Part shown: piece after piece, positions 22,297 to 32,292 of the stretch
Numbering within the stretch: the stretch's first letter is position 1
Layout: every line of letters starts with the position of its first letter
Origin: Prasinococcaceae sp. CCMP 1430
Taxonomy: Eukaryota; Plantae; Prasinodermophyta
Assembly (NCBI GenBank): GCA_013416795.1
Contig: RQSC01000031.1
Span: 358,573 to 422,572, forward strand
Length of the DNA stretch: 64,000 bases
Direction: 5' to 3'
The notes under the pieces: generated by a model
What the model saw: the letters and a program-made list of their open reading frames with translations, nothing else
Database searches by the model: none
What the model was told of the DNA's origin: nothing
Position numbers and translations under genes: made by a program

Positions 22297-22611
22297 ATGG
22301 CTGACGCGGTGGCCGCCGAGCCGGCGGCGGACGACTACTCGACCGGCCCGCTCTCGGTGCTCACCTCGGCGGTGCGCTCCAACACGCAGGTGCTGATCAA
22401 CTGCCGCAACAACCGCAAGCTGCTCGCCCGCGTAAAGGCCTTCGACAGGCACATGAACATGATTCTCGAAAATGTCAAAGAGATGTGGACCGAGGCTGGC
22501 GAGCGCGGCAAAGGTGCCAAGAAGGGAACGGCGGTGGCCAAGGATCGCTTCATCCCGAAGCTCTTCCTGCGTGGCGACTCCGTCATTCTGGTGCTCAAGA
22601 ACCCCGTGTGA
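22297..22611 (+). CDS. SmD2: Small nuclear ribonucleoprotein Sm D2
   Basis: [50 protein letters not shown]...[21 protein letters not shown]. Confidence 0.97.
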   Translation: MADAVAAEPAADDYSTGPLSVLTSAVRSNTQVLINCRNNRKLLARVKAFDRHMNMILENVKEMWTEAGERGKGAKKGTAVAKDRFIPKLFLRGDSVILVLKNPV

Positions 22612-23219
22612 ACTGCGCGGCAATTCTCGAAGGCAGGGGGCGCGAGCATGTCTGCGGGGCGAGCATGATGCGGCAGCTGGCATGCAGCAGCAATCCTGGG
22701 GAGCGATAATAAGGTACGCTGGGACGGGCCTCTCTGGACCTGGGGTGGCTGCATGCGCCTTGCCGCTGGGCTGTGCGGGCGTGACGATAAACCGTTTGCA
22801 TAGAGCACTGGGATCTTAGGCGGGATAGAATCCGTCCGGTGAAGATTTGCAACGCTGCGTTCTTGCTGACCCACCAGCCACGGTGGCCGAGGCGTGAATC
22901 GCGCGTGTCCTCGCGTCCCCAAATCGCTGACGACGATCGCGTGCCGCCACGCCCCTGCACGCGCCTCCTCGTACTCGACGCACGGCACGATTGCGACAGC
23001 CATCACGCTGGCGGCGTGCACAGATGGCACGGCGTGTGCATTGGTGTGCACGAGGGCGCTGCAATGCCGCATCTTCGTAACGACAAACTGTGACATATTA
23101 CTTCGAAACACATGGTCTCACGTGCGCGCTGGTGTCTCTTCCATCCGACAGCAGAGCGAACGAGGTCTCAGGCTTTTCTGCTCTGCACTGGCCGCTGGTG
23201 CGCCAGCCAAGTGCCCAGC

Positions 23220-24272
23220 TCATGTACTCTCCGCCGCGTCCTCGCTGGCGTCCACGAAGGTCATGAGCTTCTTGTACAGCTCCTCGCGCTTTCCGGGCGA
23301 GTACCGTGTTCCACTGAGCAAGAGGTGCTTCTTGGCGACCTTTCTGTCCAGATAGAACGCGCCCGACTGCAGCTTGGCAGCGTCAACCGCCGCGAGCCAC
23401 ACGATGGTGTCGGCGCCCATCTCGGGTGTGCGCATCTTGTCATCCATCCTCTCCGAAAATCCAGGAAGGGCACTCTGGATACCGGGGGTGTCTGCCCAGC
23501 CAGGATGCATGCTCACGAACGTCACGCCGGTGTCAGCGTACTTCTGAGCCCACGACTCCGTCATCGCCACCTGCCGCCGCTTGTCGAGCGCATAGGCTTT
23601 GACGCCGTTCCAATGCTTCGCCATTCGGGCGTTTTGCAGGTCGTCCGTTTCGAGCCCCTCAGAGTACATGCCGCCGCTCGAAATGGTCACGACGCGCGGC
23701 ATGAAGCAGCCTTCAGAGTCCTTTTCGCTGTCCGCGCTCTCAGCGTCGGCGGCCGCGCGCAGCGCAGGCATAGCCAACTCAGTGAGAGCGAATCCCCCCA
23801 GCGTGTTTGTCGCGAAGGAGCTGTCGAGGCCCTCGGCCGAGCGTGCGGGCTTGTCAAGCAGCACACCCGCGTTGTTCACGAGCACATGCACAGGCCCCTC
23901 TTCAACCAGGCTGCTCGCCAGCTGGCGCACCGCGGACAGCGAGCTCACATCGCAAACGCGGAGGTGAACATCGTCGTTGCCCGTCTCTGCACGGATCTTG
24001 TCCACCGCTGCCATGCCACGCTCCTTGTTGCGGCATACGCAGAGCGTGCGCATGCCCATCCCTGCTAACGCCGTCGCCGTCGCCAATCCGAGACCAGCGT
24101 TGGCGCCCGTCACAACGGCGGTTTTGCCGTGGCGAGCGGCGGCGGCTGCCGCTGGTGCGGTGCCTGCCGGCGGCGGCAGGTCGCTCGCATCGAAGCTACG
24201 CGCCGAGCGCTCGTAGCCACCACGCGTGAACTCGCGCAGCCCCTTGATCACGAATGCCGCCGAGCGGAGCAT
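23220..24272 (-). CDS. DHRS12: Short-chain dehydrogenase/reductase SDR family member 12-like
   Basis: N-terminal FVIKGLREFTRGGYE is typical of DHRS12. Also VVTGANAGLG, LVNNAG, FATNTLG, ISSGGMY, YALDKR (YxxxK), SMHPGWADTPG and RTPEMGADTIVWLA. Confidence 0.88.
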   Translation of the reverse strand: MLRSAAFVIKGLREFTRGGYERSARSFDASDLPPPAGTAPAAAAAARHGKTAVVTGANAGLGLATATALAGMGMRTLCVCRNKERGMAAVDKIRAETGNDDVHLRVCDVSSLSAVRQLASSLVEEGPVHVLVNNAGVLLDKPARSAEGLDSSFATNTLGGFALTELAMPALRAAADAESADSEKDSEGCFMPRVVTISSGGMYSEGLETDDLQNARMAKHWNGVKAYALDKRRQVAMTESWAQKYADTGVTFVSMHPGWADTPGIQSALPGFSERMDDKMRTPEMGADTIVWLAAVDAAKLQSGAFYLDRKVAKKHLLLSGTRYSPGKREELYKKLMTFVDASEDAAEST

Positions 24273-24993
24273 TCTGGCACGGAGGAGAACAAGGGCGGCC
24301 CTACTGGACCGACCCGCCCTCACGCTCTTGCCTGGGCGCTGCTGCAGTCGCACGCACCCCGTGCGCTGCTGCGTGCCGAGCAGGATGTGCCCCTCGGAAC
24401 ACCTCTCGCTCCCTCGTTCCCTCGCGAGCGCGCTCGCGCGAGCTCAAGCGCCGCGCTGCGCCCGTCGGCGACAAAGTGCGACCTGGGCCGCGCTCGCGAG
24501 GCAAAGGTGGCCCGCGGGGGCGCTGGTGCTCCGCGGCGGGTGCGCTGCGTGTGGCGCGCCGCACAGCGCGTGCTGGGACCGCAGCGCACCGCGTCGCTCC
24601 CTCGGAAGCGCCGCACGCGCGCTAGGGATTCCGTGAGGTCTTTCGCTCCTCCATGGAATCCACATGTGCTCTCAAGACCTATAATGACTCAATCTCGAGA
24701 TCGAATGGAATCCATATCCAACGAGAGGAGATGAGTGCGCGGAACCCTTCCTTATCCGTCCGCGCGCACGCGAACTGCCTGGCAGCAACCGGGCGGGGCG
24801 AGGCGAAGCGCAGCGGCCGCTGTCGCTGTGGCGCGACAGGGGCGGCCACCACCGCCGCCCCGCCACTGCCCCGCCACTGCCACGCTCACGTGCGAGCCGC
24901 CGCGCACGCGCGCGCGAGAGAGGGAGGGAGAGCGACGGCTAGGCCAGCAGCCACGGGTGGAGGAGAGTGTGCGTGTGTGTGTACGTGAATGTT

Positions 24994-27900
24994 TTACAGG
25001 GCGTCAGCTGCTACGTCGAACGAGCCGTAGTTCACACCGACACCGGGCCTCTTGCGCTTCTTCTTGGCTGCCTTGCGCCGCCGCCCGGCACCAACGGCGT
25101 CCTTGGCGAGCGGGTCAACGCCCTTGACAACGTTGCCTTTGGCGTCGAAGACGATGACGCCATCGTCGCCGCCGAGGTCCTCGTCGTTGTTGAGCTCGCC
25201 CGCATCCACCTGGCCCAGTCGTTTGAGCGTGTAGTCGATCAAGTGAGAGCGCTGCACGAGCAACCCCACCCGCTTCATGTGACGCTCAGTGTACGATGCG
25301 ATGGCCGCCAGGAGGTCAGCAGCTCCGGGCACCGACGCGATTTCTGCCGGGGGGCGCGAGGCGAGCAGCGCCCGCAGCGTCGCCTGCGCCACGTGGCAGA
25401 AGCGCGCGTTGGTGTTCCAATCGCGGCAGTACGAAAGCAGCGTGGCCAGCCTCTTCGGGTCGGAGATGCCCCGGACAACGGTCTCGAGCTGTGCCTCACC
25501 CTTGCCGCCTGGCTTGGAGAGCAGGTCCTGGAGCAGCTCTCGCAGCTTACCTGGCCGCTCCAGCTTGAGCGCCAGCTCCACGGCGGTCGCGAAGTCATTG
25601 GCGTACGCCGCATTGGACATTTGCTGCTCAGCCAGCATGGCCTCGCGCTCTTTGTTTGCCTCCTCCTCCGCATGCGCTGCCGTGTGGTCCTGCCACAGCG
25701 CCAGCGTGCCGTCACCTGCACCCGTCACAGCGTAGCCGCCGTCGGTGTCCCCGTTTGGTGTGGCCAGCGCCCATGCCTTATCGTCATGTGCTTCGTGAGT
25801 GGCCGCGCATTCGCCGCTCGCCACGTCCCAGAGCTTCAGCAAGCCGTCGCTGCCGGTCGAAAGCAGCTGCGCGCCCGACGTCACGAACGTCGCGCGCAGT
25901 ACACTGGCAGTGTGGCCGTCGAGCGTGCGAATGCACACGCAGTCCGCGATGGTCCACAGGCGCACCGTCTTGTCACCGCTGGCGGTGGCCACGACGCGGT
26001 CGGTGGGCGAAAATTCAACTGACCACACGCCACGACGGTGGCCGCGCAGCGTTCCTGCGGGCACCAGCGCTGGCAGGCGCCACAGGCGCACCGTGCGGTC
26101 TTGCGACGCCGATGCCACCATCGAGTCGTTGGGCGCCACCGCGACAGCGTTGACGTCCTTGTCGTGCGCCGCGACAACCGCGGATGACTTCAGCGTCACC
26201 GGCTCGATCTGTGCACTGCCATCCTGCTCCAGCTCCTCCAGCACTTTGCGCACAGGCTTGAGGTCCCACACCTTCAGCGTGCGGTCGGCTGACCCGGACA
26301 CCAAGAAGGCCGCGGGGGCGCGCCGCGAGAACGCAAGCGCGGATACGGCACCGGAGTGCGCCGCCTCTGCGATGCCCGCGCACTGCATGCCACCGCTACC
26401 ACCACTAACGCCGATTCCAGGACTGCCGGTGCTGCAGCCGCCAACCCACACGCGCATCGCTCCCTCCTTATCACCCGATGCCAGCGCTTGCGTAGAGGAC
26501 GCAAGTGAGAGCACTGTTTCTTCGTGACCTGCGAGCGCGCCCACCGCGCGCATGTACGAGGAGGGTCGCGTCTGCTCATCCGCCGTCGACGCTGCCGCCG
26601 CGCCCCCCTCCGTGTCCCCGGTGGCGGCGGCCGCCTCCGCCGTCTCCGCTGCCGCCTCGCAGCCCTCGTTCTTCTTGATCAGGTCGTACAACCACACTAT
26701 GGCGCTATTGGTGGCAACCGCCACACGCAGGCCATCGCCGCCGCCATCACCACCACCACCTCCGCCCCCGCCCCCGACAAAAGTCGCGTCTATCACCTCC
26801 CCAGCATCGCCCAGCAGCTGTCCAGTGAGGTGCATCGTCTCACCCTCGCCCGGTGAGGCCGAGGCCTCGTACGTGAGGAGGCGCGAGTCCGCAGTGGCGG
26901 CCAGCAGCGCGCCGGGGCGCGGGTGGTGAAGCGCTACAATGCCACCCTCTGAGCCGCCCATGTCTGCCCGCTGCTCAAAGACCTTGCGGCAGGTAGCCAC
27001 GTTCCACGCCCGCAGGTAGCCGTCCTCGCCCACGGACACCACCACGGAGGGAGCGGAGTCGGCACCCTGCTGCGCCGTTGTCGCCGCCGCCTTTGTCCTC
27101 TTCGAGCGCTTCGTCGACGAAGCAGGCGCAGCCCCAGCGGCTGGCGCGCCGGCTGCCCTGCCGAGTGCTGTCGTGCCGTCGAGCATCTGCACGCCCTCGA
27201 TGGCCTCATCGGTGGCGATGGTCGCCTTCAACTGCAGACTTTTGGTGTCCCACACTGCCACCACCTTGTCTCTGCCGCCGGAGGCAAGCAGCGCCCCACC
27301 GGCACCGAGGGCAAGGCACGTCGCCGCCGACAGGTGCGTGCGCATCACGCCGCGGCACTCGCGCTTGCGCAGGTCCCATGCGCGCACCTCGCCCGCCTCA
27401 TCACACGTGTATAAGGTCGTGGCGGCATCATCGAAGAGCGCGCACAGCACCGTGCCACCGTGGCCGTGGAACGCGTGCGTGCAATGGCCCGTGGCTGCGT
27501 CCCACACTCGCACCGAGCGGTCGACGGAGCACGTCGCAAGGTGCGCGCCGCTCCTGTCGGTGCACATGTACGCCACAGGCTGCGGATGTGGCTTCCAAGA
27601 CCGCACGAGCACCGCTCCGTCGCGCTTAGCCGCCGCTTGAGCGGCCGCGCTGACGTTGTTGCTCGCGGCCGCGGCCTCAGCGGCGGGTGTGCCGTTGAGC
27701 GCATACTGCTTGACCGTGAGCGCCCGGCTGGTCACGAAGGCGACATCACCCGCAGGCACGAGCGCGACAGCTGTGACGAGCTCCTCGTCACCGCGCAGGT
27801 GAGCGACGACCTCCCCCGTCTCGAGGTCCACCACGCGCGCCTCGTCGCCGCACGCCGCGGCGACGCGCCGCCCGTGCGCCGCAGCCACTGACGATGCCCC

Positions 27901-28007
27901 CGGCCCCCCTCCCGCGCGCCGCGGCGGCTGGCCGACCGCCGCGGCGGCTGCCGGAAAACCCGCCGCGAACCCGCCGCGAAATAATCAACCGCGATTTCGA
28001 CTCCCAT
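24994..28007 (-). CDS. UTP13: U3 snoRNP WD40 protein UTP13/TBL3 (TORMOZ-like); start frame problematic
   Basis: Many WD40 repeats (HGGTVL, HDKDVNAVAVAPNDSMVASASQDRTVRLW, GHRRGVWSVEFSP) and the Utp13 C-terminal domain (EQQMSNA...ALKLERPGKL...CRDWNTNARFCHVAQ...YTERH.KRV). The main frame opens near 27975 without an ATG; an ATG at 28007 is in another frame. Confidence 0.92.
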
Positions 28008-28089
28008 GCCATTTGTTCAAGGCATCGAGGTTTGGGTTACTGCAGCTACTTTATTTCATTTTGATAGAATTCCTTGCGCTGGCACGGTA

Positions 28090-28098
28090 TTAGGGTTT
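28090..28098. promoter_or_regulatory. Telo-box (TTAGGGTTT = AAACCCTAA) in the UTP13/mS45 divergent promoter
   Basis: Perfect 9-mer within an AT-rich island between two ribosome-related genes. Confidence 0.55.
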
Positions 28099-28394
28099 AA
28101 TTTGTAGGGTGTGTGAAATGTTGCGTTGATGGCGTTTCGATTTCGCTTGCTTTTGATGGGGCGTGCGGTCGACGCACCACTGCCGCGCCGAGCTCTTTAG
28201 GGCGCGCACGCGCAGCTGCGTGTGAATACGTGTGGTGGCGGGGGTGGGCGGGGGACCCGCGCGCCCGCGCGCTGCCGCCCCCGAACGCGCGGCGGAGCGG
28301 CGAGGGGGGGGGGGCGAGGAGGCGAGTCGTCGCTACCGGCTACGGCGACGCTGCTGCTGCTGCCGCTAGCGCTCTCGAGGCGTTGGGGACGGGC

Positions 28395-30053
28395 ATGAGG
28401 CGTGCGGTTGCCGCGGCAGCAGCTGCGGCGAGGAGGAGCGCCGTGAGCGCTGCGGATGTTCGTGGCTTCGCGGCGGATGCGCGCAGCGGTGGCGGGCGCG
28501 GCGGGGGGCGTGGCGGACGGGGGGGCGGGCGCGGCGCTGGTGCGCGCAGGGAGGACGTGGTGCGCAAGACGACAGGTCTCGTGCGCGCCGTCACCCAACC
28601 GGGCGATTTGACGGACGACATGCTGCTGGACGCGCTGCGCTCTGCCGTCACCAAGCCCACGCACTTCCAGGACCAGCTGCGCGCTGCGGGCGACACGTCA
28701 ATCGACGAGATGGACTTGTCCGCGCTCGACCGCCAGCTTCCCGGCGTGAACGATGCGGAGAAGGCGCGGCTACGCGAGGTGATGGCGTACCTGCGCGTGA
28801 AACGCAAACCCGAAGAGACCACGCGTGCCGCGCAAGCTGCGCGCGAGTTCGCACGCAGCCGTGCGCTCTGGGAGCGCCTGCGCGACCGCCGCGGAGGCAA
28901 GGGCTTCCTCGCCAGCATGGGCGTATACAGGCTTGGCTGGCGCTCGATCGAGAACGCAAAGAAGTGGCGCCGCCCGAAGCTCAGCGACGGTGAGCTGGAG
29001 CGCCTCTTCCAGGGCACCAAGCTCGCCTGCCCTAAGGCCAGTGAGGGCGGCGATGACGGCGTCGCGCTCATAGACGGCGCCGAGGTCGACAGGCTAATCG
29101 CCGCCTACCAGGAGTGGGACGACTCTGAGGTACACACCGACCGCTGGGAACATCCCGCTGTGAGCGAGTGGAAGGACATGCACCGCGACGGCGTGGATCT
29201 CACGCATGGCCGCGTGGCCTTCTCCGCTGCGATGCAGTCCGCGCACCTCGCGCAGTTCGTCAAGGACGAGATCGCCGACCGCGCGCTCGACGAGGGTGAG
29301 TCGCCCGCGGACCTCGCCCGGGAGTACAAGATCCGCGAGGAGCGCGCGCGCGCCATCATCAACCATCGCCGCCTTGAGCGCGCGTATACGGAGCATGGGA
29401 TGGCCGACTGCGTGAACAACGAGATGGCCGTCGAGTTCGAGGAGTGGATCAACTTCGGGCAGGGCACTTACCGCGGGGGCAACGACCATCACGTGGCCGC
29501 GACGCGCGACCCGACCTATATCCTCGCGCCCGAGGACGTGGCGGCGTATCCGGAGCGCGCTTCGTTGCTCGGCGCATCCATGCCCGACGTGGTGCCTGGC
29601 ATGGAGCCTGCTGGCGCGGAGACAATCAGCGTCGACGACGAGCAATCGGCGTACGAGGCCGCCATGAGTGTGGCCGAGTTCATCGAGGATTCGGAGATGA
29701 ATATTGACTCGGTGGTCGAATTCATCCAGGGGGAGGCGCAGCAACGCCGCGCAAAGGCCGAGAGGGAGAAGGCCAAGATGCTTGCTGCGGAGGCGGCCGA
29801 CGGTGACGAAGGCGAGGCATCTACGGATGCGACCGCGGCAGAGGGCGAGGGCAACGACGGGGAGACCCCGGCTGCGCCGCGCAAACGCAAGCCTGGCAAG
29901 AGCATCATCGCGACGCTCATCGGCGAGAACGCTGACGACGTCAGAGTGGTCGTTGCGGAGCCGAACGGCTTCACGCGCGAGCCAACTGTCAAGGAGGCGG
30001 CGCGCGAGCGGCGGCGGCGCGTCAACAGGCCGCGCCGACGGCAGATGCTTTGA
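28395..30053 (+). CDS. Mitochondrial ribosomal protein mS45 (Bot1/Mrps35-like)
   Basis: Mitochondrial presequence-like N-terminus ([23 protein letters not shown]). The core HLAQFVKDEI...ESPADLAREYKIREERARAIINHRRLE and C-terminal VVVAEPNGFTREPT resemble mS45. Confidence 0.62.
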   Translation: MRRAVAAAAAAARRSAVSAADVRGFAADARSGGGRGGGRGGRGGGRGAGARREDVVRKTTGLVRAVTQPGDLTDDMLLDALRSAVTKPTHFQDQLRAAGDTSIDEMDLSALDRQLPGVNDAEKARLREVMAYLRVKRKPEETTRAAQAAREFARSRALWERLRDRRGGKGFLASMGVYRLGWRSIENAKKWRRPKLSDGELERLFQGTKLACPKASEGGDDGVALIDGAEVDRLIAAYQEWDDSEVHTDRWEHPAVSEWKDMHRDGVDLTHGRVAFSAAMQSAHLAQFVKDEIADRALDEGESPADLAREYKIREERARAIINHRRLERAYTEHGMADCVNNEMAVEFEEWINFGQGTYRGGNDHHVAATRDPTYILAPEDVAAYPERASLLGASMPDVVPGMEPAGAETISVDDEQSAYEAAMSVAEFIEDSEMNIDSVVEFIQGEAQQRRAKAEREKAKMLAAEAADGDEGEASTDATAAEGEGNDGETPAAPRKRKPGKSIIATLIGENADDVRVVVAEPNGFTREPTVKEAARERRRRVNRPRRRQML

Positions 30054-30587
30054 GCGCTGCCTCACGCGACTTTCTTATTTAATTTTTTGCCGGCCTGAGA
30101 TAAGGCTTTCCCAACACACAGCATTGAGCAGCGCCTCTTGCGTGCTACCGGCCGCACTCTAGAGTGTGCGACACAACAGTGTGTACAAACATGGTATTGT
30201 TAGGATTCACAACAAACGCCCCCTATGATACATGAGAGTCGAGCAGTGTGCGAGCCTTCAGCGGCGCGTGACTATGGTCCGGGCTATCCTTTGTACGTGC
30301 GCCAGAGCGCCATCACGGGCGAGCGCGTGGCCGCGCTGAGTCAGCATGGCGTGCTCCGCTCGGCGCGAAGCAGCGCCCGGCGAGCAAGTGCTTCCGCCGG
30401 AGCCTCATAGTGGAGTGATTTGATTTGTCTTTTGCATAGTGTTTTCAGCATGCGGTGACGCCTGCCACCCTGCAGATATTGTGTATAATCTCTGGACCCA
30501 GCGCTGCGCAGGGCACGGGGCACGGACACATCCTGGCGGGGCGAGCGCACCACGCACCTGCGATACAGACACCGGACACTTGGCAGG

Positions 30588-30780
30588 TTTTGGTCGTATG
30601 GTTGAGCACGGACTGCACCGTCTGTGAGAGATACAACGGCCGGTTGTGGGTTATCACCACGACGGCCGCAACTGCGATTTGCAAGTCGATCGAGCCGGCC
30701 TTTGGGGGGACGGGCGGATGGCGCGTGTCAGAGTTGCTGCCAACACCGTGCCATGCGGGTAGGACACGGACAAGAGAGCA
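30588..30780 (-). pseudogene. Fragment resembling the start of the N-acetylglucosaminyltransferase I (GnTI/MGAT1) catalytic domain
   Basis: IAVAAVVVITHNRPLYLSQTVQSVL resembles GnTI VAAVVVMACNRADYLERTIKSIL. There is no in-frame ATG, and only about 530 bp remain before mS45, too little for the rest of the domain. Confidence 0.35.
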
Positions 30781-31490
30781 CAGGCCTCAGCAAAGATTAA
30801 GAAGTCAACAGACTAGATTCAGTTATATGCTTGTCATTTGGTTATCGTCCCGGGCCGCGAGGGTCAGGCGCCGCGGCGGTGCTCACGACAAAGCAACACG
30901 CACCTCATCGATGTTCCACTGACAGGATTAAAAGATGGACATCGCCCCGACGTACGCCTTTGCATAGCTCTTCACGTTGGGGTCGATGGGGCCGCTCTTG
31001 CCACCGCCTCGCGCTGCAACGCGTCCACGACCGTGGGCCACACAGGGCGCCCCGCCCCGCCAGGTCCCCGTGCAACCCTAAAGAGGACGCGGGCACCTCC
31101 GCCGCGGGCCGCGGGCCGCCCCACGCGCGCGCCACCGCCCGGACAGATGCGCGGTCACCCGTGCATCCGCACGCGCGCGGCGAAGTTGTAGGTGGGAAGA
31201 AAAGGCAGGGGGAGGGGGGGTTACTGCCGCCGCCCCGCGCCCCGCCCCGCTGCGTGCGCTGTGGCGCGCCCGCGGCGGCCGCCACATGTGCGAATTCAAA
31301 AAAAAAGTGGGCCATTTGCGCGCAAGAAAAAAAAAGTGTGCCGTACAGTCCTACACTATGTCGTTTCGCACGCCTCCGAATCGCATGCATTTCGACGTAT
31401 GGATCGGAGCACACGCACGCAGGTGGGATACGGACACACGTCCGCAGCAGATTTTCCCGCGCGCGTGGAGCAGGGGCGTGCGCGGTGGAG

Positions 31491-32217
31491 ATGCGAGAGG
31501 GGGGCGGGGCGGCACAGGCGGCGCGCGCGCAGGGGCGGACCCCGCGGGCGCGCGCATCGGCCCGGACGGCCGACGATCGGTCGTGGCGCGCGGCGCAGCG
31601 GCGCGCAGCACCGCGCGCGTTCGAGCTCGGCGACGCGGTGTGGCTGGCCATCCCGGGCGGGTTCGGGGCGCTCGCCGGGTTCTCGAACCTCCGCATTTTG
31701 AAGCGCGAGGCCGAAGCGCGCGCGAAACTCGACGCGGTCGATCCTGCCCTTGCTGCTGATGTCAACGAGGAGAACTTCGCGGTGCCATCGTACAGGTATG
31801 GCCTGTTGTCGAAGCGAGCTGCGGCGCTGCAGTCGGGCGGGCCGGCCGCCGTAGAGGCGGAGATCGAGGCGCAGGCAGCGAAGGACAAGCGCGTGCGCTT
31901 TGCGCGCGCTGGGCCCGAGGGCAGCCCCGAGCGCGAGGCTGAACAGCTCCGATACATGGCTGAGGTGCGGCGGCAGCAAGCAGGCGCGAGGAGAGCGCGC
32001 ACCCGCGGCGCCCCACCACTTTCTGTGTTTCGCATGGCACGCCGCTGACAGACTCGCCCCAACGCTCGCGTAGTGGTCGGCCAGCAGGGAGCAGAAAATT
32101 GGCGACGGCACGCTGATGGGACGAACGGCGGCTGAGTGGGCCAAATTTGCTGAGGACAAGCAGGATACCAACGCAGATGATGAGGGTGCCGACGTAGGAG
32201 GCGGACGCTTTGAGTGA
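31491..32217 (+). CDS. Hypothetical protein with one hydrophobic segment, possibly plastid-targeted; one intron (about 31965-32073)
   Basis: Ala/Arg-rich N-terminus, then AVWLAIPGGFGALAGF. GAG|GTGCGG donor, CTGAC branch point and CGTAG acceptor give an in-frame exon ending GGGRFE*. Confidence 0.6.
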
Positions 32218-32292
32218 GACGCGTACCGCCGTCCTGTTATTATCAGCGACGCTCGCACGCATCGCGCAAGCGCTGCGCGTGCCGCGTGCCGT

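Noticed and set aside
22620-23210. Short ORFs between SmD2 and DHRS12
   Set aside because: No motifs; best explained as convergent 3' UTR sequence.
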